Source: Squalus acanthias
Taxonomy: Eukaryota
Direction of reading: 5' to 3'
Assembly: GCA_030390025.1 (NCBI GenBank)
Contig: CM059432.1
Location: 83,764,001 to 83,828,000 of the forward strand
Length of the DNA stretch: 64,000 nt
Numbering within the stretch: position 1 is the first letter of the stretch; each line of letters starts with the position of its first letter. The translations under genes were made by a program, and so were the position numbers. Positions 38,487-52,308 of this stretch are shown in pieces. The notes beneath the pieces were generated by a model. It saw only the letters and a program-made list of their open reading frames with translations, was not told the origin of the DNA and searched no databases.

Positions 38487-39596
38487 CAACAACAACAACG
38501 TGCATCTATAAAGCGCCTTTAACATAGTAAAACATCCCAAGGCGCTTCACAGGAGTGTTATCAAACAAAATTTAACACCGAGCCACATAAAGAGATATTA
38601 GATCTTGGTCAAAGAGGTAAATTTTAAGGAGCGTCTTAAAGAAAGAGAGAAAAGTAGCGAGGCGGAGAGGTTTAGGGAGGGAATTCCAGAGTTTAGAGCC
38701 TAGGCAGCTGAAGGCAAGGCTGCCAATGGTGGAGCGATTAAAATTGGGAATGCGCAAGAGGGCAGAATTGAAGGAGGGCAGAATTGAAGGAGCGCAGGGA
38801 TCTTGGAGGGTTGGAGGAGGTTACAGAGATAGGGAGGACCGAGGCCATAGAGGGATTTGAAAACAAGGATGAGATCTTTAAAATCAAGGCGTTGCTGGAC
38901 TGGGAGCCAAAGTAGGTCAACAAGCACAGGGGTAATGGATAAACGGGAGTTGGTGTGAGTTGGGATACGGGCAGCAGAGTTTTGGATGAGCTCAAGTTTA
39001 TGTAGGGTGGGAGATGGGAGGCCGGCCAGGAGTGCGTTGGAATAGTCAAGTCTGGAGGTAACAAAGGCATGGATGAGGGTTTCAACAGCAGATAAGCTGA
39101 GGCAGGGATGGAATCGAGCAATGTTACAGAGGTGGAAGTAGGCAGTCTTAGTGATAGCGTGGATATGTGATCAGAAGCTCATCTCGGGTTCAAATACAAC
39201 ACCAAGGTTGCGATCAGTCTGGTTCAGCCTCAGTTAGTGACCAAGGAGAGGGATGGAGGTCGTGACTAGGGAATGGAGTTTGTGGGGGGGAGTGAAGACA
39301 ATAGTTTTGGACTTCCCAATATTTAACTGGAGGAAATTTATGCTCATCCAGTACTGGATGTTGGACAAGCAGTGTGACAAATCAGAGACAGTGGAGGGGT
39401 TGAGAGCGGTGGTGGTGAGGTAGAGCTGGGCGTCGTCAGTGTACATGTGGAACCTGATGTTTTTTCGAATGATGTCGCCGAGGGGCAGTAAGTCGATGAG
39501 AACTAGGAGGGGGCCATGGATAGATCCTTGGGGGACACCAGAGGTAACGATGCGGGAGCGGGAAGAGAAGCTATTGCAGGTGATTCTCTGGCTATG
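38487..39596 (-). mobile_element. L2 LINE 3' part
   Basis: GVPQGSIHGP, YTDDAQLY, LLWLPVQQRLDFK; (GTT)n tail. Confidence 0.9.
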
Positions 39597-41000
39597 ATTT
39601 TTTTTTATTCGTTCATGGGATGTGGGCGTCGCTGGCAAGACCAGCATTTATTGCCCATCCCTAATTGCCCTTGAGAAGGTGGTGGTGAGCCGCCTTCTTG
39701 AACCGCTGCAGTCCGTGTGGTGAAGGTTCACCCACAATGCTGTTCAGGAGGGAGTTCCAGGATTCTGACCCAGCGACAATGTAGGAACAGCAATATATTT
39801 CCAAGTCCGGATGGTGTGTAACTTGGAGAGGAACTTGGAGGTGATGGTGTTCCCATGTGCCTGATGCCCTTGTCCTTCTAGGTGGTAGAGGTCGAGGGTT
39901 TGGGAGGTGCTGCCGAAGAAGCCTTGGTGAGTTGCTGCAGTGCATCTTGTAGATGGTACACACTGCAGCCATGGTGCGCCAGTAGTGGAGGGAGTGAATA
40001 TTTGAGGTGGTGGATGGGGTGCCAATGAAGCGGGCTCCTTTGTCCTGGATGGTGTCGAGCTTCTTGAGTGTTGTTGGAGCTGCACTCATCCAGGCAAGTG
40101 GAGAGTATTCCATCACACTCCTGACTTGTGCCTTGTAGATGGTGGTAAGGCTTTGGGGAGTCAGGAGGTGAGATACTTGCTGCAGAATACCCAGCCTCTG
40201 ATCTGCTCTAGTGGCCACATTATTTATGTGGCTGGTCCAGTTAAGTTTCTGGTCAATGGTGACCCCCCAGGATGTTGATGGGTGGGGGATTCGGTGATGG
40301 TAATGCTGTTAAATATCAAGGGGCGATGGTTAGACTCTCGCTTGTTGGAGATAGTCATTGCCTGGCACTTGTGTGGTGCGAATGTTACCTGCCACTTATC
40401 AACCCAAGCCTGAATGTTGTCCAGGTCTTGTTGCACGCGGGCATGGACTGCTTCATTATCTGAGGAATTGCGAATGGCACTGAACACTGTGCAATCATCA
40501 GCGAACATCCCCACTTCTGACCTTATGATGGAGGGAAGGTCATTAATGAAGCAGCTGAAGATGGTTGGGCCTAGGACACTGCCCTGAGGAACTCCTGCTG
40601 CGATGTCCTGGGGCTGTGATGATTGACCTCCAATCACCACAACCATCTTCCTTTGTGCTAGGTATAACTCCAGCCAGTGGAGAGTTTTCCCCTTGATTTC
40701 CATTGACTTCAGGTTTTACTAGGGCTCCTTGATGCCACACTCGGTCAAATGCTACCTTGATATCAAGGGCAGTCACTCTTGCCTCACCTCTGGAATTCAG
40801 CTCTTTTGTCCATGTTTAGACCAAGACTGTAATGAGGTCTGGAGCTGAGTGGTCCTGGCAGAACCCAAACTGAGCATCGGTGAGCAGGTTATTGGTGAGT
40901 AAGTGCCGCTTAATAGCACTGTCGACGACACCTTCCATCACTTTACTGTTGATTGAGAATAGACTGATGGGGCAGTAATTGGCTGGATTGGATTTGGATT
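39597..41000 (-). mobile_element. Crack/CR1-group LINE 3' part
   Basis: GVPQGSVLGP, FADD, HHHLLKGN; poly-A tail abuts the L2. Confidence 0.9.
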
Positions 41001-42180
41001 GGATAGATAAGAATGGAACCAGCGAGGGTATTGCAGTGAAAGTTGCCAGCTCCAGTGGATGGTGCCAGGTTCCTCCTCCCCAGAAGAGATGAAGCGGTGC
41101 TCCCTGATCCTCTGGAAGGGAGTCAAAATGTAAAAGAAAACGAGCTTCCTCTTCCAAGATCCAGGCCAAGATCCCAGGTGAGTCCCACAATTGGCAGTTG
41201 GTGGTCTGGTACACCTGACCTTTGGGCCTCTCTCCTCAGGGGCTTTCATGCAGATGGCCATGGATTGCCACTCGTTCTGTAGGGGGTAACTGCAGATTTC
41301 TCAAATCCTCTTGTATGCTTGCACAGATCTCAGAGTCCCTTCTCTGCACAGTCTCTGATAGATCATGCAGTGAGCCCAGAAGATAGTCAAAGGACTGCAT
41401 GAAACTCATTTATGCTTTAATGGAGAGTAAAGTTGGATGGGTGTAAAATGGGCATCTGAGCCGGCCCTGCTCCATTATCGCCGGGTGAGATGGGTTAACA
41501 TTGGGGCTGGTGAGTCAACTGTTGAGGGAACTAGAAGGAAGTTTTTCAAAGGATGGAGGTGAAGCTAATGGGAGGGGTGGTGGGCAGAGAGATGTGGACA
41601 CAGAGGAATTGGAAATGACCTTGTCAATCATCAATACCTTGGGGGTGGTGAGGTCTCGTGATGGCAAGGCTGAGAATGGGCTGGGGAATTTTGTGTCTAG
41701 AATGAGGTTTGAGTGAGGACAGACGGGCAGAGGGATCAGAGGAGTAGAGGCAAAGGGAATTTAAGCGCTTTAAGCAACAGATAAAATAAAAAGAGTAAAT
41801 ACGGAAGTTTATTTCTATTTAAAATAGTTAAAAGGAGTACAGCTTAGTTGTTTGAGGTTATTATTACAATTATAAATCTATTGGCAGCTGAGTAACATTA
41901 TTACTGTAATATTAGGATTTGTTTCATTGTCATGGTCTGTGAACTTTTAAAGTAATGGCTGGTCCAGGAAGCATAGAATTTCTTGGAGCTCCTTTTGGTC
42001 ACACAGCAAATTGGTAGCAACAATACCTGGTGTAACTTATAGAGTGTTGGTGATGCAAGGGTTTGAAATATTGGTATATATAGCTTTATGCAAAGTTATT
42101 TGACAGTCTCTTATTAATTGATTAAATTGGTGTTTCCACTTCTCTGCTTAAAACCTATATCACTGCTAAAGTACTCTTAC

Positions 42181-42272
42181 CTCCCAGACTGCACTTAGCA
42201 ATAAGTGGCGGTACATTTACCAACACTATGAATATCTGTCCCAGTGTCTCCATGAAGTGCGGTATATTTTGT
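42181..42272 (-). CDS. Candidate exon 5 (QNIPHFMETLGQIFIVLVNVPPLIAKCSLG)
   Basis: Strong donor GAG|GTAAGA; weak acceptor ccagtccag| chosen to keep phase 2 in, phase 1 out. Confidence 0.35.
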
Positions 42273-43249
42273 CTGGACTGGTTAGACAGTGATGCATTAT
42301 GGTGGAACTACATTATTTGTTTGGGTAAGAGCCTCTTTGACAATCCAACTGCAACTCAAATAATTGACACATTCTTATAGCAATTATCTACTTCTGGCGG
42401 GCGTTGGTAGCTTGAACAAACCCTGCAATATTGACTTCGTAGTTCTGGATTTACTTTTACTTTATAAACTGCATGTTTTGCTTATGCTTCTTGTGCTATT
42501 GACAGTGTGTTGTTGGTTAGTTGATATTAGTGTCCCACTGGTGATTCATCAGTACTGTACTACACGCTTAAGATGAACTGAAGCACGCAGAGTACAATGA
42601 CTGTGTGATTAATCAACTTGCCATCCATCAAAAAGTAGCCAGGCTTAAATGTAACCACAATTGCAGATCAAATGATACTTTAAAGCAACAGTATTACTTT
42701 CACTGTACATTCCATCGGCTTATAATGAAAACTGTAGAAAATGAAAACTACTTTACTTTCCTGTGAATTCCTGTAATTACTCCCATCAGAACATTTGTTA
42801 ATTTAGAAATCAATTAAATTTGCTTTCAGGAATGCGCTGAAAACCTAAGTACAAAGAGAGGTAAGTTTATTAGATTTTATTTTATGAAACTGATCTAAAA
42901 TTTAGATACAGAACCTTTAGTAAAGTTTTTGTTTAAGGTGCCAAATTAGGAACTCTTGAGGGACACTAGGGATGGAGCTGCAGGTCACTTGACTACACTC
43001 CTGCTTAAGTAACTTAAAAAAACAGTCCACCTTGCATTCTGCGTGTTCATTGTGCTGTCATATGAAAACATCATTAACTTCAACAGAGAAATATGGGACT
43101 TGAAGTAAGATTAACATGTTCATGTTGGAGTACAAGCTCTTCTCCATCAATCATCTAACATCTCATGTTACGTTGCATATGGTATATACTTTGAACATCT
43201 TATAAAATCAAATTGTAAATGTTTGTCACATCCGATAAGTACAGCTTAC

Positions 43250-43440
43250 TTGATTGTTCTGTTTATAAAAAGGAAAGTATTGCATTGTACTGTAAGTCTG
43301 CAACTTAAATCCAAGGAAAGGCATGATTGAGTAGGTTTTTCAGTTTTAGTCCTGCGAGTGAATGTCATTACAGATTGGCTAAGAACCGATGATCCCACAA
43401 CAGCATATGTTGCAGAGTACACCTTCGGTGGAATTTTAAT
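43250..43440 (-). CDS. Host gene exon 4 (IKIPPKVYSATY...LDLSCRLTVQCNTFLFINRTI)
   Basis: Acceptor atgcag|, 191 nt open in phase 0, donor AA|GTAAGC (phase 2); matches ORF 43246..43446. Confidence 0.6.
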
Positions 43441-43514
43441 CTGCATTTGTAAACATATAAGATAACTGGTTATGGCTTCACCACTGGACCACTATTTGCA
43501 AGCCTGCAAGTATG

Positions 43515-43705
43515 TAACTTTCTAGCAAGTCTCATTGGATGGCAATCACAAGCAGGAACTCTAGCTGATTTGCCCCCACTTTGCCCTGGACCAATTGCTG
43601 GGCTGCTAAGATCAGCTAAGTCGACACAGACTGAGAATTGAACCTAGGACCTTCCTTGTTCTATATGGCTCAGCTATGCATTTCCTTTACCAGCTCACCC
43701 ATTGG
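43515..43705 (-). mobile_element. Ancient tRNA-derived SINE, AmnSINE2-like
   Basis: Minus strand GAGCCATATAGAACAAGGAAGGTCCTAGGTTCAATTCTCAGTCTGTG...TTAGCTGATCT...AAATCAGCTAGAGTTCC; family name from recollection only. Confidence 0.5.
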
Positions 43706-44084
43706 GTCAGCATAAGCCATAAGACTGATCAATCTGGGTGAGAACCCAGATCATTGAGATGAATAGAGAGTGTTGTATAGTGCTTGAAAAATATTTCATA
43801 ACCAATTTATTACTGAACAGCATCTAAATTCTGATTTTAAGAATTGTAGTACATTTTTCATTTACTAGTCAATCTCCCTTGGCAGTACACATGGTAAATA
43901 AAATAATATGGCCACTCTCTTACCTGCCTCTCATGTTTTTGTGTTGCTGATTCCCTCTGTCTCTATTCTGCTTCTGTCTATCTCCTTAACTCTTCTTTTT
44001 GCTCCTCTCTGTGTCTTCTTCTGCTTCTCTCTCGTTTTCTTCTGTCTGTTGAGGTGGGAGGTGATGGGTGGTATTGTGTGGTTG

Positions 44085-44548
44085 TAGAATCATAGAAATT
44101 TACAGCACAGAAGGAGGCCATTCAGCCCATCGTGTCTGTGCCGGGCAAAAAAGAGCCATCCAGCCTAATCTCACTTTCCAGCTCTTGGTCCGTAGCCCTG
44201 CAGGTTACGGCACTTTAAGTACATATCCAAGTACTTTTTAAATGCAACGAGGGTTTCTGCCTCTCCCACCCTTTCAGGCAGTGAGTTCCAGATGTAAAAT
44301 CTATGCCCCCTGGTTATTGACCCCTCTACTAAGGGAAAAAGGTCCTTCCTATCCATTCTATCTAGGCCCCTCATAATGTTATACACCTCAATTAAATCTC
44401 CCCTCAACCTCCTCTGTTCCAAAGAAAACAACCCCAGCCTATCCAATCTTTCCTCATAGCTAAAATTCTCCAGTCCTGGCAACATCCTTGTAAATCTCCT
44501 CTGTACCCTCTCTAGTGCAAAATCTCCTCTGTACCCTCTCTAGTGCAA
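44085..44548 (-). mobile_element. CR1 3' fragment with 28-bp tandem duplication at its 5' junction
   Basis: SYEERLDRLGLFSLEQRRLRGDLIEVY; AATCTCCTCTGTACCCTCTCTAGTGCAA x2 at 44493-44548. Confidence 0.9.
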
Positions 44549-46727
44549 TGGTGTGGCAGGGAAAGGAACCACCAGCAGCTGAAGAATGCATTTGCTTGGG
44601 AATTGTGAGGAAAATATAGTCTTCAGTAGCTTCCTTCCCATCCCCTTCCCTCTCCCAATCACTCGTGCTTCCCCCACCTCCTCACTCCCATTATGTCCCC
44701 AACCTCTTCACTTGCACACTACCGATTCTCCTTCCTACCACCCCCTCACTCCTATGCTTTCCCTACCTCTTCCCCTTTGAACAACCCATCTAACCACTGC
44801 ATCCTCTACATTCTCTCCTCCTACCTTCACCTCACTATCCCCCCACTCTCAATTGCTGCCTCCAAGGGTAGGTGCCAAAAGAGCAGAGGCTTTCCGTGCC
44901 CTCAACCAGTTTCCACTTCCCCGTCCCCTCTTTTTGTCTTTTTGGGTTCAAAATAAATCAAATTAAAATGAGGAAAACATTGCCTGTTTGCTTTTTTCTC
45001 TCTTTCTTTCTCTTTGACCCCAGTCTTTCTATCTCATCCCCTCTCTCTCTCCCTTTGTATAACACACCTTTTAATGTTTACAGAGCACAAAAAAAGCTGT
45101 AACAGATGTGTAATCAGAAAATATTCATCTTTTTTCTCCTTCTTTCTCATGCACATGTAGTCTCTCTGTTTTTCATAAAAATTACAATATAAATTTTACC
45201 TCAGGACGTCACTACAGTTGTCTGAATGATACTGATGCATCCTTAGAATTAGGGACACTGCACATGCTCATACTGCACAATATAGTGTCACTGTAAAACA
45301 CCTTTAACATTGAAAATGCCTGATCACAGAATCACCTATAGGAGCAAGAGGTACTTATGTTGAGTTTTCAATGAAACAGCCTCATATATCAAATTTAATG
45401 TGTGATAAATATTAGGGTCAATTTTAACCTAACTCAGCTGTGAGATATTGATGGGATTGGATCTACTGCCATTTTATACCATACCCAATTTTACTCTCCA
45501 TTTCAACAGCTTTCTGCCAGGCGGGTTCAGGTAAAATGACCCCATTGAGAATCATCTAACTGAAACTCCAGCTACAAGAAACTCTCCAAAAGAAACTAAA
45601 TCATGACCTGATTCCTGAATTTCTTTCCTAACGCCCCAGGTTAAAAAAATGTTTTTGAAATCCTGAGCAGTAGGGGAGGTTGGAAAATAAATAGCCAGGC
45701 TTTGCAACATCTGTAGGTTAAGTGAAGGTGGCAACTCTAATCTGAATCCAAGTTTCAGGTAAAACAATTCTTGTTATTAATTATAAAAGTATTCATGAAT
45801 TTTTACATGATTATGATTTCAAGAAGGAAAATACAGTCATTAATCTTCCTTAATTCTGCCAAAAATGCACCATGAAATTTATTTTTCATTCCTTTTAAGG
45901 TTTTTTTTATTTTTAAGACGGCACTATGGATTTCTGGATTGGAGCAGAAATAACTACAATTGTTGTTTTATCCTAAATACCTGGAATAAATATTTGATTT
46001 TGTGTATGTGAGGTAGCGTTATTTTGTTAAACTTTAACTAGTATGTTTTATACAAACCTTTGTATTTCACCTCTCACCTCCCACCAACCATCCATTCTTC
46101 TATTTGTAAAGGTAAATAGTCAGGTGCAAGCATTTGAGGCACTGTGGTAGTTGTTTATCCTATTGTTGGATCCCTCATTGTTCTTTCTGCAATTTATTGA
46201 AATGAACCATGGGACACACTCAGTTTACATAGCGTGCCTCATGCAAAATGCAGCTGTAGATTTTTATTTCCTGCACATATGTTAGTCAGTTTCCATACTT
46301 TAAAATTGCACTATGATATTCGAAGCTCAGGGATAAATCTGCCATGCACTATAATCATTTGGTAAAAACACAAAGCAATTGTATTTCTCTTTTTGTGTAA
46401 TATTTTATGTTTTAAGAATATTTTATTCTTTCACTGGCAAAGCATATTTGTGGAAGTATGTTGACAGTAAAAGTGATTTGATTATGAGTTTAAGTGCCAC
46501 TCAGTGTGTGACCTAAGACAAAAATAGACCAACTCTAACAAAACACAGGACTGTGTAAATCTGTAATTTGCAGGCAAATCACTTGCTGAACAGCACAGGT
46601 AAGGTGGCCTCCTCCTGTGCTTAAATTTCTATGTGATTTCAGCCTTACTACTCCCAGTAACTCTTATTGCTGGTCTGTCCATCAGTCTCGCTAGATTGAG
46701 TTTCTATTGTCTGTGGTTGGGACTTAC

Positions 46728-46795
46728 CAGTGGAAACTTTCCAGTATTTGGTGAGGAAGCTCTTGATTGTTTGCCTAGATTATCAGAACTCACAG
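46728..46795 (-). CDS. Host gene exon 3 (AVSSDNLGKQSRASSPNTGKFPL)
   Basis: Acceptor ttatag|, phase 1 in, donor CTG|GTAAGT (phase 0); lies within ORF 46704..46931. Confidence 0.55.
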
Positions 46796-48607
46796 CTATA
46801 ATTAACTGGAAAGTTATGTAATCAAAGGAAATAAATGACCAGTTTACCAAAAATGAATTATTTTCTCGAACTTTGGAAAACAGCACCCCATCAATTATAT
46901 ATAACATTAAAAGAATGTAAACTGATGTCATTTTTCAGAAAGATATTTTGGTCTGTTCTGGATATAATATGAAAATAGAACTTAGCATTTTACCAAGTGC
47001 TGTGGAAGATTGTTACACAGTCCCTTTGTCATTCAATTTCATATTGAGATGTGGAAGTACTTATCACCATTAGAGGTTAACCTCTTGACACATGATTGCA
47101 CAGATAAGATCTGCAGGGTGTTGGCTAGGATGAAATCGCGAGAAAGCACTCTCAAGAAAAATGTAATATTGGCAAGTTTTATTAATAATTTGAGGATTCT
47201 GTTGTTTTATTATTATAAAAAATGCACTAGAAGACAACAAGAAATAAATGCAAAGTTAGAAGTTCAGTGGCCACTACATTTGAGTACATGGCACCATGGA
47301 TTGGTGCGATATGGAGTTTTGTACATTATCGCACTGGTAAGTACCTGATCTCAGCTGTGTTACTGAGGATGAGGTCTGAGTGACAGGACATGCACCTACC
47401 CCCAGAGAGAGAAGGCAAACTGGAAGGAGTGGCATATCTCGACTGGGCTTGTATAAGTCTAAGCAGCTCGGTCTCAAAATTGCAAAATTTCTTTGGTGTT
47501 TTTTTGAGCGGCTTCCCGCAGTCCCTTTAAGGATTGCTGGTAGGGGCACTCAACACCTGGTTTAAATGGGCCAAGCTTGCACAGCTCACACTCTGCCCAT
47601 TAGTACCTGAAAATTACAACTGGGGTCCTACAACCAGTATAGGACCCTGATTTACATATTTAAACAGCCTTGCACCAGAAACAACCAGGCGGGACGGGGG
47701 CGGGCAGCCAACCTGCTGTCAAGAGGCGGGATGACAATTTATATATTTTAATGAGGCTGGAAGCCTCTTCTTTAAGCTCCATTTTGTTTTTAACTGTAGC
47801 TGGTCGGATTTTGCACACCTCAGGCAGAATTTTGCCAGTGCTCAGAGTGCGGGTTTGGACATATAATCAAAATGATTGACAGAGGGTTGGGAACCTGCTG
47901 CGAACCCACCTCCATGTAAGTTTCCAGAGTGTCGGGTCTGCGATTTCAGAACAGACCCGACACCAAGTGGCAGGGGAGGCATTTAAGATACTTAACTGCT
48001 TGTTTACTACTATTTTGCCAGCCTTTTTCTATTTTACCACATACTTAATGGGGTTCATGTTGTTCAGAGATCACATCAGGTAAGTAGGTCGAGTTCTCTA
48101 TATCTCCCCATTGCTGCGAATAGGTAACAGCTGCAAAAGTGGTATAAAAGCTACCATTTCACAGCTGGTCATTTTCCAATGTCAGAAGCTTGAGCCTTCA
48201 TGACTTGGAAGAAACTTTTGAGCTGTATGCAGTTTGGAATTGTTTGGAGTAAACTCTCTATCCACTGTTGTGAAGGAATAAGCCATATAACCTATTCAGA
48301 AAAATACACTATCTTTTGAAAGAATTCTGGCCTTATTAAAACATGACAAACTGGGTTTGGAAATCTAGAAACCTAACTATGAAAAAGCTGTGAAAGCATT
48401 CTGGCTATAGAGATAAGATAGTTGTTGACACTGAATCAATAACCTTATTGAAACAGAAGGTTAAAGGCTCCGGCAGGCTGAACCTTTCGGAATGAAACAA
48501 TGGTTCACCCTGGACAAGGTGTTCTAATTTACACTTCGTAAAGAAGCACATAAAAGTAAGAAACATCTGCCTTCGTAAAAATGACATCAAGTAAAAAACA
48601 CACCTGC

Positions 48608-49200
48608 CGTAACACCGTTTTTTATGGTAAACTTAGAACATCTAGAGAAGAGACATAATTCTGTAATGCTACCAGCTGAGGTGACTAAGAATTGCAGGGG
48701 TCAGCAGAAAAATGACTAGAGATAATTTGCTTACATCAGCAGAAAACCTTAAAGGAAATACCACTGGAAAAAGGTATGAATATTGAACTCTCAAATGGGA
48801 TAGTAGACTCGCTTTAAAGGGGCAAAGCGATTCTCAGCTTCAGAGGCGGCTCTGTAAGTCTCCAACTCTTTGTACCTCGGTGATCAACGGTATTTGATTT
48901 TGGTGGATATCCTGAATAGAACACGAAGAACTGTAAAACTGTAGTGAAGTTAAGATTTGAGAGTAAGGTTCTCTGATAATAGGATTGTAAGCTTTCTCTT
49001 TTTGGAACTGTTAATGTTGCGATTGACTCACCAACTGTAAATTACATGTCGGTTCTTTAATAAATCTATATATTTTTAGAATTGTCTCACATAAGACTTC
49101 TGAATCAAACTCGCGAACTCAATCTCTGTACACTCTTTAGTGAGGAGTTGCAGAATTCTGGGGGAGTTTTCCGGACCCTCATAATATCCGGAACGTTACA
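48608..49200. mobile_element. Possible solo LTR
   Basis: CGTAAC...GTTACA ends and internal AATAAA near 49059; no TSD found. Confidence 0.25.
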
Positions 49201-49424
49201 GTCTAGCTAAACTTATTAAAAGTGCTATCTGGAGGACGGTAACATTTTCAGGTTGTTCCTTTCCTTTAGGGAGAGATAGTCCAGACCTTTAGACCCAATT
49301 AAGCACCTTTAGGATTCGGCTACCTCAAACTTTAGTTGAAAGTGAATGTCTGAGGAATACGCCTGATCCGGGGTAGTCCTAAAGGGGTTAGGACTAGTAA
49401 TTATCCCTTCACTTTATCCCTTCA

Positions 49425-50420
49425 CTGTCACCTCCTTGGAGCAAGCTCTCTCATCATTGACAGATCGCTTCTGTCATCTCAACTTCAGCTGCCATCTATT
49501 CCAGCAACATCTGTGCCCTTGAAAAAAATCTCACCTTGGTCCTCATAATCCCAACACAATCAGCCCTAACACCAGCATCACCAGGCACACCAGCAGCACC
49601 AACATCCACATCAGCCTTCTCCGCAATCAACTGATGCTGCACTGGACACGGGGCATCATCACCCATGCACATTGCTGCCCGGGATGCCAGCGATGGCCTC
49701 ATCCTATCCAGATTTGCTTCACTTAACACTGTACACCCTGGCTGCCACATGATGTGCCAGGTTTACACCACCCCACACTAGCACCATAAAGCATCCCTAC
49801 AATGTCCAAGCCATTCCTTTCACACTCATCACAATTGGCAGAGTGATGTGGATGTGATGGGTGGCACAGCATGATGAGGTTGAGTGTGGCTTGGCAGTAA
49901 CTTTTCGTGATTACTCAGATCATTGAAAGGTTTGCGCCACTGCAGCCTAGTCCTCCTAACAACATCCCTGCTTGTGCCCTCCTGTGCAATGTGCAACCAG
50001 GCTGCGTTGGTCTCTTGGGGAGGTCTCTTTTGCCTATGGGAAGGGAAGAGAACCTCCCTGTGTGCTGTGACTCCCTCCATAAGCATATGGAGGGAGTAAT
50101 GCGAGAGTCTGGGTGCAGCCGTGCACCTCTGTGCAGTGCTTGTCAGTGTTTGCAGCACCTCAATGCTGTGGAACACTGACAGCAGAACTGTCAAAATCAA
50201 TTTGCGCATGGTCCCTTTAAGGAGACCGGCTGATGACGTGTCATCAAATTACATCATCAGACCCGCTTCCTATTAATTGGCCAGGAACCTCGCAGGGTGG
50301 GCTTAACAAGCCCTATTACTGTAAAATCACTTGGAGAGTGCGGGCTGCAGTAGGCAGCGGGCTGGGACCGCGACACCGACCCCGGCTGCCCCGGACCCGC
50401 CTCGGTCGGCGAAATCGCAG
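49425..50420 (-). mobile_element. Second copy of Myb/SANT-bearing non-autonomous Harbinger
   Basis: ORF 49829..50209 (APRLSHYSLHMLMEGV...AWLHIAQE...RRTRLQWRKPFNDL); 49490-49830 is homologous to 11440-11782 in the opposite orientation. Confidence 0.8.
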
Positions 50421-50444
50421 CCATAGTCTTTGGTCCCCACCACA

Positions 50445-51185
50445 AACTCCATTCCCTAGCCACCAACTCCATCCCGCTCCCTGGCAACTGTCTGAGGCTG
50501 AAACGGACTGTTGGCAATCTTGGTGTCATACTTGGCCCCGAGATGAGCTTCTGACTGCATATTCACACCATCACTAAGACCGCCTATTTCCACCTCTGGG
50601 ACATCACCCAACTTTGTCCCTGCCTCAGCTCATCTTTGCCTTTGTTACCTCTAGACTTGACTATTTCAACGCACTCCTGGACGGCCTCCTACCCTCCATT
50701 AACTTGAGGTCATCCAAAACTCTACTGCCTGTGCCCTAACTCACTGCCCTAGCTCGCTGACCTACATTGGCTCCCAGTTAAGCAGTGCCTCGATTTCAAA
50801 ATTCACGACCTTGTTTTCAAATCCCTCCAAGTCCTTGCCTCTCCCTATCTCTGTAATCTCCTTCAGCCCCATAACCCTCCAAGATATCTGTGCTCCTCTA
50901 ATTCTGGCCTTTTGAGCATCCCCGATTTCAATTGCTCCACCATTGGTGGCCGTGCCTTCAGCTGCCAACATCCTAAGCACTGGAATTCCCTCCTTAAGCC
51001 TCTCCACCTCTCTTTCCTTCTTTAAGATGCTCCTTAAAACCTACCTCTTTGACCAAGCTTTGTTCATCTACCCTAATATCTCCTATGTGGCTCAGTGTCA
51101 AATTTTGTTTTCTAACTCTCCTGTGAAGCACCTTGGGATATTTTACTACGTTAAAGGTGCTATATACATTCAAGTTGTTGTTGTT
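50445..51185 (+). mobile_element. L2 LINE 3' part
   Basis: TSRLDY and LHWLPV segments; ...AAGTTGTTGTTGTT tail. Confidence 0.9.
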
Positions 51186-51385
51186 ATATTTAAAAAGGGA
51201 GATAGAACAAGCCCAGGGAACTATATACCAATTAGCTTAACGTCGGTGGTCGGAAATATAATGGAAACCTTACTCAAAGATGTAATAGAAAAACATCTAG
51301 AAACTGAAAATATAATAAAGAATAGTCAGCATGGATTTCAAAAGGGAAGGTCATGCTTGTCCAACCTTATTGAATTCTTTGAAGA
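51186..51385 (+). mobile_element. CR1 ORF2 internal fragment
   Basis: IFKKGDRTSPGNYIPISLTSVVG...SQHGFQKGRSCLSNLIEFFEE. Confidence 0.85.
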
Positions 51386-52308
51386 ACATCCAGGCTTGGG
51401 CTGACAGGTGGCAAATAACATTTGCACCACACAAATGCCAGGCAATGACCATCTAAACAAGAGAGAGTCTAACTACCTCCCCTTGACATTCAATGGCATT
51501 ACCATAATTGAATCCCCACCATCAACATCCCATTGACCAGAAACTTAACTGGACCAGCCACATAAATACTGTGGCTGCAAGAGCAGGTCAGAGGCTGGGT
51601 ATTCTGCAATGAGTGACTCACTTTGTGATTCCCCAAAGCCTTTCCACCACTGACAAGGCACAAGTTAGGAGTGTGATGGAATACTTTCCACGTGCTGCCA
51701 GGTAGTTACTGGATAGGAACATAATAGCATAAGACAGTTTAGGAACAGGAAAAGACCATTAGGCACAAGGCACAAGTCAGCAGTGTGATGGAATACTCTC
51801 CACTTGCCTGCATGAGTGCAGCTCCAACAACACACAAGAAGCTCGACACCATCCAAGACAAAGCAGCCCGCTTGATTGGCACCCCATCCACCACCTTAAA
51901 CATTCACTCTCTCCACCACCGCGTACCGTGGCTGCAGTGTGTACCATCTACAAGATGCACTGCAGCAACTCACCAAGGCTTCTTCAGCAGCACCTCCCAA
52001 ACCCGTGACCTCTACCGCCTAGAAGGACAAGGGCAGCACACGCATGGGAACACCACCACCTCCAAGTTCACCTCCAAGTCACACACCATCCTGACTTGGA
52101 AATATATTGGCATTCCTTCATCGTCGCTGGGTCATAATCGTGGAACTCCCTCCCTAACAGCGCTGTGGTAATACCTTCACCACATGGACTGCAGCGGTTC
52201 AAGAAGGCGGCTCACCACCACCACCTTCTCAAGGGCAATTAGGGATGGGCAATAAATGCTGGCCTTGTCAGCGATGCTCACATCCCAGGAATGAATTAAA
52301 AAAAGAAA
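51386..52308 (+). mobile_element. Crack/CR1-group LINE 3' part
   Basis: MEYSPLACMSAAPTT; typical 3' hairpin and A tail; internal ~40-bp duplication around 51653-51803. Confidence 0.9.

Noticed and set aside
42181..42537. 357-nt phase 2-2 exon whose six in-frame stops are all TAA (recoding or LRRC63-like idea from LQGLFKLPTP)
   Set aside because: The stop count is about what AT-rich non-coding DNA gives, the acceptor is poor, and the shorter 42181-42272 exon fits better.
45200..45290. Minus-strand exon-like segment ttttacag|...GAG|GTAAAA
   Set aside because: Stops in all three frames from that acceptor and not needed for phase between exons 3 and 4.
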